37,032 nt of DNA from a virus (IMGVR_UViG_3300032219_000696:1-37032), one strand, 5' to 3'; positions 20,280-28,602 are shown, counted from the stretch's first letter. The notes: generated by a model from the letters alone, not told the origin. Made by a program: numbers and translations.

Positions 20280-20452
20280 GATCTGACTCAGCACTACCAG
20301 GCTTATTCATGCTGCTTGCCTTGGCAGGCATTGCAATCTTTGCCGTGACCTGCTCGTCATGCGCTACCAGCGAGGCTTTCCCATTCCGTGGTGAGTTTGG
20401 CTACACGCCATCAACGGGGCAGTTTGACGTGCAATTTAAATCGAGCAAATAA
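20276..20452 (+). CDS. Small lipoprotein (spanin-like candidate)
   Basis: Hydrophobic signal followed by lipobox-like CSSC. Confidence 0.55.
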   Translation: MRSDSALPGLFMLLALAGIAIFAVTCSSCATSEAFPFRGEFGYTPSTGQFDVQFKSSK

Positions 20453-20467
20453 GCTCACATAGTCGCC

Positions 20468-21028
20468 ATGAGACGCGAAGCCATCATCGAGATCCAGCAC
20501 AAGATTGGAGTTGTTCCAGATGGTTTCTGGGGCGTTAAATCTATTGAGGCTTGCCAACGTCATTGCCGCAGGCTTATGCCGATACCTAACCCGTGGCCAG
20601 CACAGTCTGAGGCTGCTTTGATTGGCTTCTACGGTATGCATGGCAACGAGGACAGATTGGTCAACTTATTCGTGGGTGATCTAGATGTGCAATATATGGG
20701 TAGCAAGGTAAAGACCGTGCGTGTCCACAATAGGATTGCTGCTGCACTTAGAAGGGTGCTAGAAGAGGTCGCCATTGTTTCGCCAGAGACTTTGAGGGAG
20801 TACTTCGGCGGGTACAACAATAGACCCATGAGAGGGCTTAATAAGCCTTCCTTACACGCATACGGTGCTGCTGTGGACTTCCGTGCGAATACTAATGCTA
20901 ACCACCAGCATTGGCCTGTATCGGCTGATATGCCGTTTAAGGTGATCGAGGCTTTCTCCCGCGAAGGATTCCTCTCAGCAGGTGTTTTCTGGGGTCGTGA
21001 TTGTCAGCATTTCCAAGCAACAACTTAA
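20468..21028 (+). CDS. Endolysin, M15 family zinc peptidase with N-terminal peptidoglycan-binding segment
   Basis: IQHKIGVVPDGFWG; YNNR...SLHAYGAAVDF...DCQHFQ. Confidence 0.9.
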   Translation: MRREAIIEIQHKIGVVPDGFWGVKSIEACQRHCRRLMPIPNPWPAQSEAALIGFYGMHGNEDRLVNLFVGDLDVQYMGSKVKTVRVHNRIAAALRRVLEEVAIVSPETLREYFGGYNNRPMRGLNKPSLHAYGAAVDFRANTNANHQHWPVSADMPFKVIEAFSREGFLSAGVFWGRDCQHFQATT

Positions 21029-21318
21029 TGGTATTTCCCAAAAAGGTAACGATTGGTGGCGTTACTTTTAGGGTAAAACGTACCAAAATTGAGGCGTATG
21101 GGGAGATGGATTTTGAGGTGCGTGAGATAACTATTTCGACTTCCATAAAGGATAACTTAGTCGCTATTGAAACTTTAAGGCATGAGATGATCCATGCTAC
21201 GCTCGCACTGGCGGGACATTCTTGGGCTGAGAACTACGACGAGGAGGCATTAATACGGTGTCTTGAGAATATGTTCTTCCCAGCGTGGGACAATCTAACT
21301 AAAAAGCATGGCATATAA
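21028..21318 (+). CDS. Small HExxH metallopeptidase-like protein
   Basis: TLRHEMIHA motif with downstream EE. Confidence 0.75.
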   Translation: MVFPKKVTIGGVTFRVKRTKIEAYGEMDFEVREITISTSIKDNLVAIETLRHEMIHATLALAGHSWAENYDEEALIRCLENMFFPAWDNLTKKHGI

Positions 21319-22036
21319 ACGATTCTTAGTGTGCGCCGATAATCATGGTCATTTGGTCGATACTGACGCTATGATCAAACTCATGGCGTTTGCCGATAGT
21401 TGGAAACCACACTACCGCATTCATTTAGGTGACTTGTGGGATTTCTCGCCATTGCGGAAAGGTGCTTCACCAGAAGATCGGGCTGAGGGTATATCTAGGG
21501 ACTACCTTGCTGGCATGACATTCCTCGATGCTTTTAAACCCAACTACCTAACCCTCGGCAACCATGATGATCGTATCTGGATGGGTATGCACAGCGGTGA
21601 CGGCATCCTACAGGAGCGTTGCGTTGAACTAGTAAAGCACTCTAAGGAGCAATTCAAGAAACGCAAGATCACATGGTGTCCGTACCACGTTTCAAAATAC
21701 CTACAAATGCCAGAGGGTGGCCCTAAACTGCTACATGGGTTCCGCGCTACGATGTACCCAGCCCGATCCCATTATGAGAACTGGGGTAGTTGCTTAATTG
21801 GTCATGTCCACAAGCCAGACATATACTCAGCGAGGCATATAGACGGGTCACAGGCATTTAGCCTAGGCTGCATGGCAAACATCGACGCACTAACCTACGC
21901 AGACCGTCATGCCGCAAAGTTGTCATGGCGTAATGGCTTTCTCTACGGACTAATCAACGATAAAACTGGTGCTTGGAACGCTTGGAACGTAACAAAAGAA
22001 GGCAGCGATTGGATCTCGCCACAAGGGATTTTATAA
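21308..22036 (+). CDS. Calcineurin-like metallophosphoesterase
   Basis: ADNHG, GDLWD, GNHD, HG, GHVH motifs. Confidence 0.92.
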   Translation: MAYKRFLVCADNHGHLVDTDAMIKLMAFADSWKPHYRIHLGDLWDFSPLRKGASPEDRAEGISRDYLAGMTFLDAFKPNYLTLGNHDDRIWMGMHSGDGILQERCVELVKHSKEQFKKRKITWCPYHVSKYLQMPEGGPKLLHGFRATMYPARSHYENWGSCLIGHVHKPDIYSARHIDGSQAFSLGCMANIDALTYADRHAAKLSWRNGFLYGLINDKTGAWNAWNVTKEGSDWISPQGIL

Positions 22037-22071
22037 ATTTCCGTACACCGTACATTTTAACCAAACAACAA

Positions 22072-22308
22072 ATGATGAAAAAATCGACAACACTAAAGAA
22101 GACGCTGACAGACCTTGATTTTGCTTTATCGCAAGCACCGGAGTATCGGCGTGACAACGAGTTTACAATAGCTGATTTCATGGAGCGAAAGGGTGTTACG
22201 GAGTCAGTTTCTAGACGCATTTTGAACGAAATGGTTAAAGAAAAAAAGCTCGTTTTCCGCAAAGGTCTACACGATGGACGGTATTCTAGGCTTTACTCTA
22301 AGGCTTAG
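22072..22308 (+). CDS. Small winged-HTH-like protein
   Basis: FTIADFMERKGVTESVSRRILNEMVKEKKL; last gene of the + arm. Confidence 0.6.
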   Translation: MMKKSTTLKKTLTDLDFALSQAPEYRRDNEFTIADFMERKGVTESVSRRILNEMVKEKKLVFRKGLHDGRYSRLYSKA

Positions 22309-22487
22309 TCTAGTGCTGGTATTTCAAACGTGAAGTAATGGTCTAGCTCAAGCATAATAGCCGCGAATACCTCTGCTTCGATATGTTCGTGCGTTGGATC
22401 GTCGGTGTGCTTGTGCGCCCTGCGGATTCCTTTTACGCATCCTGATTCAATCGCGTCTCTGACGATATTGTATATGTTTGGTTTCAT
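22305..22487 (-). CDS. Conserved small phage protein
   Basis: GIRRAHKHTDDP motif; last gene of the - arm. Confidence 0.65.
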   Translation of the reverse strand: MKPNIYNIVRDAIESGCVKGIRRAHKHTDDPTHEHIEAEVFAAIMLELDHYFTFEIPALD

Positions 22488-22495
22488 GTATTTAG

Positions 22496-23428
22496 TTACT
22501 TATTATTTTGAGAGAATTTTCCATGCCATTGCTGCCACTGCTGGAACTTGTCCATTTCCAATGGCTTTAAGTCTGTCCACTCGATTACCCACCCCATGAG
22601 CCACTCGCTGAACGCAGGATTCAGATGCCCACCAGTCTGAAGGCTTGGCATACTCTCCGTCATTTCTAACTTGGTAAGTGAGGTCGTCCATTGTTGGCCC
22701 AGGACACTCGCATTCTCCATATTCATATCCGCATTCTGGACACTCATGGAAACCATCGACATCATCCATGTCTCTGGAGCAGTCGGAGGCGTAAACAACC
22801 CGCTTCCATCCACGGACGTATATACTTGTCGGGAAGTTTGGTCTATTTTCATCCGTCCGTCCTTCCTTTGTTTGCTCATGCCCATTGTATCCTTCCAGTC
22901 TCTGGCGTTTGGGGTAGCCCAGTATCCAAATCCTGTTCCTAACGTGTGGAGCGTTGGCGTGGCATGCTCCCAAAATTCCCCATCGAGCATCATACCCCAT
23001 TCTGGAAAGGTCACACAGGATTTGTCCAAGTCCTCTGTGAACAAGCTGTGGTGAGTTCTCAATAAAAACGTATCTTGGTCGCACTTCATTGGTAATTCTT
23101 GCCATCTCACTCCATAGTCCTGATGACTCTCCCTTGATACCTTCTGCTCCTTGTTTGATTTGGGATATATCAGTGCAGGGAAATCCCCCGCAAACCACAT
23201 CAACTTTCCCTCTCCAGGGTGTTCCATCAAAGGTGCAGACATCGTCCCAGATTGGGAATCTTGGAAGGATTCCGTCTCGTTGTCGTTGGAGTAAGACCTT
23301 TCGGCAGTAAGGTTCAATCTCGACAGCACATACGGTGGTATGTCCGCAAAGCATCCCGTCAAGGATGCCTCCTCCTGCTCCTGCGAAGAGATGGAGTTCT
23401 CGCATTGGTTGTTTAGGTAGTAATACAT
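22496..23428 (-). CDS. Overlapping-frame partner subunit of the C5 methyltransferase (motif IX carrier)
   Basis: 310 codons open inside the MTase gene; WATPNARDWK and GHLNPAFSEWLMGWVIEWTD; the true start may be internal. Confidence 0.7.
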   Translation of the reverse strand: MYYYLNNQCENSISSQEQEEASLTGCFADIPPYVLSRLNLTAERSYSNDNETESFQDSQSGTMSAPLMEHPGEGKLMWFAGDFPALIYPKSNKEQKVSRESHQDYGVRWQELPMKCDQDTFLLRTHHSLFTEDLDKSCVTFPEWGMMLDGEFWEHATPTLHTLGTGFGYWATPNARDWKDTMGMSKQRKDGRMKIDQTSRQVYTSVDGSGLFTPPTAPETWMMSMVSMSVQNADMNMENASVLGQQWTTSLTKLEMTESMPSLQTGGHLNPAFSEWLMGWVIEWTDLKPLEMDKFQQWQQWHGKFSQNNK

Positions 23429-23441
23429 TTTTTAAGGTCAT
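22503..23441 (-). CDS. DNA (cytosine-5) methyltransferase (start may be 23405)
   Basis: Motifs I LFAGAGG, IV GGFPC, VI EN, VIII HVRNRIW, X AIGNGQVP; no motif IX in this frame. Confidence 0.93.
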   Translation of the reverse strand: MTLKNVLLPKQPMRELHLFAGAGGGILDGMLCGHTTVCAVEIEPYCRKVLLQRQRDGILPRFPIWDDVCTFDGTPWRGKVDVVCGGFPCTDISQIKQGAEGIKGESSGLWSEMARITNEVRPRYVFIENSPQLVHRGLGQILCDLSRMGYDARWGILGACHANAPHVRNRIWILGYPKRQRLEGYNGHEQTKEGRTDENRPNFPTSIYVRGWKRVVYASDCSRDMDDVDGFHECPECGYEYGECECPGPTMDDLTYQVRNDGEYAKPSDWWASESCVQRVAHGVGNRVDRLKAIGNGQVPAVAAMAWKILSK

Positions 23442-23508
23442 TCATTTATGTTGTTGTTCAAGAGTCTGTTGAAACATCCGTAATGGACGTTTAGGTCAGC
23501 GAGCAGGG

Positions 23509-24042
23509 TTATCCTGCGTTTCCTCGTTTATCGGTCGAGGCGACTTTGTTCAGTCCATCGCTGTTTAGGTAATATCTAGCAATTAGGAATGCGTCAACCA
23601 TGCCGTCATGCGGTGTCGTGCAGCGTTTATTAGCTAGCCATGTCTCGTCTGGAGCTAACTCGTTTGCCAACGCCAATGCAAGAACTTTCGTCATCCCTGC
23701 TTCCCGCTTCTTACCAAGCATTGCGTCCTGCCACGGTCTGACAGCGATACGAGCAACTGGCAACCCGTGTGCAAGACAAGCCCCGTACAGCATACCGAAC
23801 GCTAACGCCATCGAGCGGATAGCTTGTGATGACTTAGCGTGTGCCAATGGTTCCTCTATGGCAATTGAAACGTCCTGTGGCAGGAATCCTCGGACGTAGC
23901 GCAGCACCGCCAAAACGTCCACCTCGGTCTTGCCGTTGTGTTTGGTCGTCGGCATGGGTATTGAGCTGATAACTGCACCGTTGTGTGCTGAAATAGCGCA
24001 CAAACCACCCGAAATACCATTGTCCGCTCCAATCACAATCAT
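23509..24042 (-). CDS. RuvC-like Holliday junction resolvase
   Basis: IGADNGISGG, IAIEEP, P.W, HDGMVDAFLIA. Confidence 0.88.
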   Translation of the reverse strand: MIVIGADNGISGGLCAISAHNGAVISSIPMPTTKHNGKTEVDVLAVLRYVRGFLPQDVSIAIEEPLAHAKSSQAIRSMALAFGMLYGACLAHGLPVARIAVRPWQDAMLGKKREAGMTKVLALALANELAPDETWLANKRCTTPHDGMVDAFLIARYYLNSDGLNKVASTDKRGNAG

Positions 24043-24281
24043 GGTCTAATGCTGGTAATTTTAATGCCGTGATGCCATCCTACAACGGTGACTTCACCAC
24101 CAAGTTTAGCTCGTAGCAATGTAGCCAGATCCTCTTGGTAGATTTTTAATGGTGCTTCATTCAACGTCCGTAAAATGTCCTCAACCATGATCGTGGCTTG
24201 TGATCGGATCGTGATTTGATAATTGTCCATCAGATCCCCGTTCGGACATGAGGCTCGGTGCGTGGTTTCGTATATGTTCAT
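24039..24281 (-). CDS. QueF-like (T-fold) protein
   Basis: CPNGDLMD, IMVE, YQE, HHGIKITS match the QueF Cys/Asp/Glu/Glu layout; coupled to the DpdA-like gene. Confidence 0.65.
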   Translation of the reverse strand: MNIYETTHRASCPNGDLMDNYQITIRSQATIMVEDILRTLNEAPLKIYQEDLATLLRAKLGGEVTVVGWHHGIKITSIRP

Positions 24282-24889
24282 CTTAATAGGTCAGGGTGGT
24301 TATGATCGTGCGATAGGTAGCTTGCCAGTTCTGCTGTCCTGTGCGGATCGCGGAACCAACCCGTACCATCACAGGATTCTGCTCCAGCATTTTCTGCCAT
24401 TAGCAGCAATCGGATTGAGTTGACCCTGCCAACATGGACGCGAGGGAATGATGATGGCCACATGGGGAGACTTCGCCATTTCCACGATGTTGAGCCGCCG
24501 ACGAAGACCATAGCGCATTCTTTCGGAACATCAGATGGGGTCATACCGTCCTGCACTGCCATTGCTAGCGGTACGCCGAATGCCTGTAGTGCTGGTGCGT
24601 GTTGATCCCACAGGCGTAGCGTCTCGTCTCTGTCTCCGACCCAATCTGGAACAACTACCCATAGTGGTTTCCAAGCTGCATAGTCATCAAGATATTTATA
24701 AAGTGGTTCTTCACTCCATTTCCTTTTAGAAGACCATGCTCCGAAAACTCCGTTGTCCATGGCCCAAGGAATCCCTTGGATTGGTTCCCGTGGTGACTCT
24801 ACTGAGTGCAAGTGTCCAAGTCGCCCAGGGTGTTTTCCGAATAGGAATCCTGCGGCAAATCCAGTGTTGTTTGAAGGCATTATTATCAT
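24278..24889 (-). CDS. DpdA/TGT-like deazaguanine transglycosylase
   Basis: MDNGVF, VVPDWVGD, AVQDG, FVGGS, HVGRVN, SCDGT in TGT motif order. Confidence 0.72.
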   Translation of the reverse strand: MIIMPSNNTGFAAGFLFGKHPGRLGHLHSVESPREPIQGIPWAMDNGVFGAWSSKRKWSEEPLYKYLDDYAAWKPLWVVVPDWVGDRDETLRLWDQHAPALQAFGVPLAMAVQDGMTPSDVPKECAMVFVGGSTSWKWRSLPMWPSSFPRVHVGRVNSIRLLLMAENAGAESCDGTGWFRDPHRTAELASYLSHDHNHPDLLR

Positions 24890-24953
24890 TTAACGATACA
24901 AGTTGACTTATCCTGCATATTTGCTCTAGGCGGGGTTAGTTGGTTTGAGGGAT

Positions 24954-25157
24954 TTACAAGATACCATCATCAATTTCTTGTATCAAATATTCTGGAATAC
25001 CGTGGTATGCGGTTTGGATTTTGTCAAAAGGATCTGTTGCGCTACCGTAGCTTTCATAAACTCCTTTTCCAATAATAGTCAATTTTTCATGAATAATTGG
25101 GCGGGTCATACCTAGCAATTCATATGCATAATCTGTAAGGATTATATTGCTTTTCAT
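24954..25157 (-). CDS. Hypothetical protein
   Basis: ATG with A-rich leader. Confidence 0.55.
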   Translation of the reverse strand: MKSNIILTDYAYELLGMTRPIIHEKLTIIGKGVYESYGSATDPFDKIQTAYHGIPEYLIQEIDDGIL

Positions 25158-25175
25158 GGTGATTTTTAGTTTGAG

Positions 25176-25196
25176 TAGGTGACAGTTTGTCACCTA
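25176..25196. promoter_or_regulatory. Palindromic operator-like site
   Basis: TAGGTGACA-gtt-TGTCACCTA just upstream of a - strand ATG. Confidence 0.55.
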
Positions 25197-25478
25197 GTTG
25201 TGGTTTTCTTCGCGGTAAAGTTTATCGATTTTAACCAACGCTGAAAGCACATCTTTTTCTGAAAGGCTTATGTTTCTGGCTATGTATATTTGAGCGCAGA
25301 TTCTACTAGCCTCCGCAAAGTTTTTATTAAGTTTTTCCTGGAATAGCAACTTGTTGCATAGTTCCTTCATTCGATCCGCTGCTTCAGCAATGGCAGCGTT
25401 GGCTACACCATCTTGCGTTTGGATGTCTTGTGCCAGTACACGCAACGCACCAATGATTGTTTCGGTTTTAGTCCTCAT
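25194..25478 (-). CDS. Hypothetical protein
   Basis: AIAEAADRM motif; packed ORF. Confidence 0.65.
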   Translation of the reverse strand: MRTKTETIIGALRVLAQDIQTQDGVANAAIAEAADRMKELCNKLLFQEKLNKNFAEASRICAQIYIARNISLSEKDVLSALVKIDKLYREENHN

Positions 25479-25695
25479 GCTTTTTGTATTGTGCTAGCAT
25501 TTTCATTGCAGTTTTTGTAATTAATTGTAGCTCGTCAGGATCGACTTTTATGGTTTGCTCGTTTTGGGTTAAAACGATATAACCACCACAAGCTTCATCG
25601 TCGATGGTAATGGTAATAATATCGTCGCCGAATATAGGATTGCGGTCATCCATGTGTACTACGGTGCTTATAATGCTTGTTGTGTATTTGCTCAT
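25468..25695 (-). CDS. Hypothetical protein
   Basis: IDDEACGGYI motif; packed ORF. Confidence 0.65.
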   Translation of the reverse strand: MSKYTTSIISTVVHMDDRNPIFGDDIITITIDDEACGGYIVLTQNEQTIKVDPDELQLITKTAMKMLAQYKKHED

Positions 25696-26075
25696 TGGTT
25701 TATGTACGGTGATGTGAATTCTTTTTTGTTGTGACCCCAGCGGCCTGTGTGTTTTCTTTCAGGTTGGTTAAGCTGTAACAGGTTTAGTAAGTAATCCCTC
25801 TCCGCAACTAACTCAGCGTGACCCTTTTGCCAGATGTGGCAACTGCGGATGGCTTCGTCCCGCTGCTCGGTGACGGCGGTGAGTTTGGTTTGCAACCGTT
25901 TGCACTCACTCCATATAGTCCCGTTTGGATCGAGTAGCTCATGTCCAAGGTCTTTGTTTTGCTGGAGGTATTTTGCTTTCCATTCGTCCCGCTCGCGTTC
26001 TAACTGCTCCGCAAACTCAGTCGGAACAACGTGGTTTCCCCGCGCAAGGTCATCCGTTTCTGTTGTGTCAGTCAT
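25692..26075 (-). CDS. Coiled-coil hypothetical protein
   Basis: MTDTTETD...FAEQLERE; ATGA coupling. Confidence 0.65.
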   Translation of the reverse strand: MTDTTETDDLARGNHVVPTEFAEQLERERDEWKAKYLQQNKDLGHELLDPNGTIWSECKRLQTKLTAVTEQRDEAIRSCHIWQKGHAELVAERDYLLNLLQLNQPERKHTGRWGHNKKEFTSPYINQ

Positions 26076-26353
26076 TTCAGCACCTCCTGCACGGTAATAC
26101 GTTCCCAATTGTAGTATGGGGTTGTGCTGATTGGGTATAAGTAGTTGCTAAACGAGTCTACCCATACCTCAAACGTGCGAGGTTCTGGCTTGATACGGTA
26201 TTCTTCAGGATCGTCGTAAAAGCCAATTTCTTCGTCTTCCTCAAAGTCATCCCAATACGGTTTTTCATGGCAACCGTTTCGATATTGTATCTGCTTGCCG
26301 TCAATCAATGCTTGGACGATTGGCAGGAATAAATGTGCGTTTTCTTTGTTCAT
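26072..26353 (-). CDS. Hypothetical protein, paralog A
   Basis: MNKENAHLFLP...GK.IQ...W.D...YRIKPE. Confidence 0.75.
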   Translation of the reverse strand: MNKENAHLFLPIVQALIDGKQIQYRNGCHEKPYWDDFEEDEEIGFYDDPEEYRIKPEPRTFEVWVDSFSNYLYPISTTPYYNWERITVQEVLK

Positions 26354-26369
26354 ATTGTTTTGTTGAGGT

Positions 26370-26386
26370 GGTTACATTTTGTAACC
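26370..26386. promoter_or_regulatory. Palindromic operator-like site
   Basis: GGTTACA-ttt-TGTAACC. Confidence 0.5.
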
Positions 26387-26623
26387 AGTTGATCGTGCTT
26401 CCTGTACTATTTCACCTTCTTTGAGAAAACGGTACTCTGTTTCAATAGGTTGTTCTGGCTTAATCCGGTAGTATTCTGGCGCGTCGTAAAAACCGATTTC
26501 TTCAGTTTCATCAAAGTCCTCCCAGTGAGAATTACCAAATGCGCCGGATTTAACTTGTAAATTTTTACCATCCACCAATGCTTGCAAGAGTGGCAGGAAT
26601 AAATGTGCGTTTTCTTTGTTCAT
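26372..26623 (-). CDS. Hypothetical protein, paralog B
   Basis: Clear paralog of 26072-26353. Confidence 0.75.
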   Translation of the reverse strand: MNKENAHLFLPLLQALVDGKNLQVKSGAFGNSHWEDFDETEEIGFYDAPEYYRIKPEQPIETEYRFLKEGEIVQEARSTGYKM

Positions 26624-26835
26624 ATTGTTTTGTCGAGATGGTTACAATTTGTAACCGGCTGATCGTGGTTGTAGTCACATTCCTCGCACGTCATGCCGTA
26701 GATGTAATGCGATTCCTTTTCTTTACCGCATTTGTGACACAGGTGTGCCACAGGCTTACGAAATATCCGCTCGTAGTTTGTTGCGTATTTACCGTTATCC
26801 ATCTTGCGTGGGATATCACCCTTACCTGCACTCAT
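26620..26835 (-). CDS. Hypothetical protein with CxxC...CxxC
   Basis: MSAGKGD..R N-terminus and zinc-ribbon-like Cys pairs. Confidence 0.65.
   Translation of the reverse strand: MSAGKGDIPRKMDNGKYATNYERIFRKPVAHLCHKCGKEKESHYIYGMTCEECDYNHDQPVTNCNHLDKTI
26640..26656. promoter_or_regulatory. Palindromic operator-like site
   Basis: GGTTACA-att-TGTAACC. Confidence 0.5.
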
Positions 26836-27080
26836 CTTGATAGTTTCTCCTTGGTTTCTAGTTGCTCGTTTTCTTCATGCTTCTTGACCTCATCCAGAAA
26901 CATTTTGTAGGTAGCTATGTCCTCCTCCAGTCCGTCGATCTCTTCCTCCTCCATTGGCAGGGTTGGTCGAGATTTACCCGTCGATTTGAAATGCAGTTGA
27001 TCAAAGTAGACCTTCAACATACAAAGCAACGGTAAGCTCTCGGCGTGGTGTTTCGGTAGTTTTATGTTTTTTAAACTCAT
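26832..27080 (-). CDS. Hypothetical protein
   Basis: ATGA-coupled ORF. Confidence 0.6.
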   Translation of the reverse strand: MSLKNIKLPKHHAESLPLLCMLKVYFDQLHFKSTGKSRPTLPMEEEEIDGLEEDIATYKMFLDEVKKHEENEQLETKEKLSR

Positions 27081-27661
27081 AATATGTCTCCTTTTCTGTA
27101 CGATTCCCAGCTAAAGTGTACTCCGCATCCGTTTTCACGAATCCGATCCAGCACCGCAGGGGATAGCGACTCAGCGAACCGCTTCCTGTCATGGTTTGAG
27201 ATTAGCAATGTGGGTTTATTATCCATGTATCTTGCATCTATGATGGCCGTTAACTTCTGGTCTTCAAATGCCGTCTCACCTCGATCTTGTATCTCGTCGA
27301 TGACCAGGAAGGCAGCATTGCTGTAATCGTTTATAATGCCCCTCTCGGTGCGCTCAGACTCTTTCTTATACGTCTCCCTAATCTCCATGAACAAATTGAC
27401 TGCGGTCGTGTATACGCAAGGCAAATCACGTTTAACCATGCCAGATCCTCTCCCAACAGTCGTTTGATTATTCGGTGGGGTGCAGACCTTAGCAATCTCG
27501 TATGCCATGCGTGTTTTCCCCGTACCGTGTTTGCCATACAACAAGGTAATCCCACCGTTATTAGTAGATAACAACACGTTGTTGTACCCTTCCCACCACT
27601 CAATCCCAGTAGGAGTGACAGAATCCTTGTAGCGTTTAGGAAATCCCTTAAGGTAGTTCAT
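27077..27661 (-). CDS. DnaC/IstB-like AAA+ ATPase (helicase loader)
   Basis: GKHGTGKT, LVIDE, IIDARY, PTLLISN, VLDRI. Confidence 0.92.
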   Translation of the reverse strand: MNYLKGFPKRYKDSVTPTGIEWWEGYNNVLLSTNNGGITLLYGKHGTGKTRMAYEIAKVCTPPNNQTTVGRGSGMVKRDLPCVYTTAVNLFMEIRETYKKESERTERGIINDYSNAAFLVIDEIQDRGETAFEDQKLTAIIDARYMDNKPTLLISNHDRKRFAESLSPAVLDRIRENGCGVHFSWESYRKGDIL

Positions 27662-27978
27662 TTTAAACCTCTTTTCTTGAAGGATGCGTCCAAAACATTG
27701 GTTAAGCAATAAAAATTACGCTTTTTCTTAAATTCGTTCCAGTCGATCACGGGTGTTGGTTCAATAGCCTCGGATTCTGCCGTCCTAATTAGCCTTTCAA
27801 CCGCTGATGAGAACGAGCAATCAAGCCTTTCTGCAAGGCTCGTAACCCGTCTGAATGTCTCAACTGAGAAGCTGACACGGGTATTCACCTTCTTGTCCTG
27901 TATCTGGTTTCGTTTGCGTCCAGAGCCGAATGAGAACTTGCGGTGCTTTATTTTGACTCGTTCAGTTTGCGCTTGCAT
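27658..27978 (-). CDS. Ribbon-helix-helix-like DNA-binding protein
   Basis: TRVSFSVETFRRVTSLAERLDCSFSSAVERLI. Confidence 0.6.
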   Translation of the reverse strand: MQAQTERVKIKHRKFSFGSGRKRNQIQDKKVNTRVSFSVETFRRVTSLAERLDCSFSSAVERLIRTAESEAIEPTPVIDWNEFKKKRNFYCLTNVLDASFKKRGLK

Positions 27979-28184
27979 TTTTCTTCGATTGCCTCCGTTA
28001 AGGTTTTAAGGTTCTTCTGCTCAATCACAATCCCGTGGGTTTTGCGGTAGATTAGCTTGTCACTAACCAACCCATAAGGGATTTTCTTAGACCTTGCCGT
28101 TGTCATAAGCATCTTACCTTCGACAATCACTTGACCAGGTGCAACAGGATCGCCGTAAAACATATCATCAAGTCTGGTAATCAT
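27948..28184 (-). CDS. Hypothetical protein
   Basis: Packed ORF. Confidence 0.55.
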   Translation of the reverse strand: MITRLDDMFYGDPVAPGQVIVEGKMLMTTARSKKIPYGLVSDKLIYRKTHGIVIEQKNLKTLTEAIEEKCKRKLNESK

Positions 28185-28381
28185 TGCGCTATGAAGTAAT
28201 TGGCAAATGACTTGCCATTTTTCCTAATGGTTTCCGTGATGATCGGTGTACCTGCGTTGCGTAGTTCGTTAATCCTCGCACTAAGCCTAAAGCATCCCCA
28301 TTTCTTCAAGGCCTCCATTGGAGTGATACCGTTTCCGTTTACCAAATGCTCATGTAGTTTGTCTATTATGCTGGTTTTCAT
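28181..28381 (-). CDS. Winged HTH protein
   Basis: ITPMEAL...GCFRLSARINELR.AG..I. Confidence 0.85.
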   Translation of the reverse strand: MKTSIIDKLHEHLVNGNGITPMEALKKWGCFRLSARINELRNAGTPIITETIRKNGKSFANYFIAQ

Positions 28382-28395
28382 TGTGTTTGTGTTGT

Positions 28396-28602
28396 TTATT
28401 CGTTCCAAAGTTTGATTTTAATTTTGCTGGCTAACCCAGCGACTGCGTGTTTCTCCTCCGTATCTCGATGGAAATGCTTAGTTTTCTCCTTGTAAGCGAT
28501 CCAAGTTCCATCCTTCGACTGCTCAACGTGAATCTGGTGCTTACGCATCCATTTTAGCCTCGGAGATAACTCTTCGGGTAGCTCATCAAAGAGAAACTCC
28601 AT
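28396..28602 (-). CDS. Hypothetical protein
   Basis: LSPRLKW motif; packed ORF. Confidence 0.6.
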   Translation of the reverse strand: MEFLFDELPEELSPRLKWMRKHQIHVEQSKDGTWIAYKEKTKHFHRDTEEKHAVAGLASKIKIKLWNE

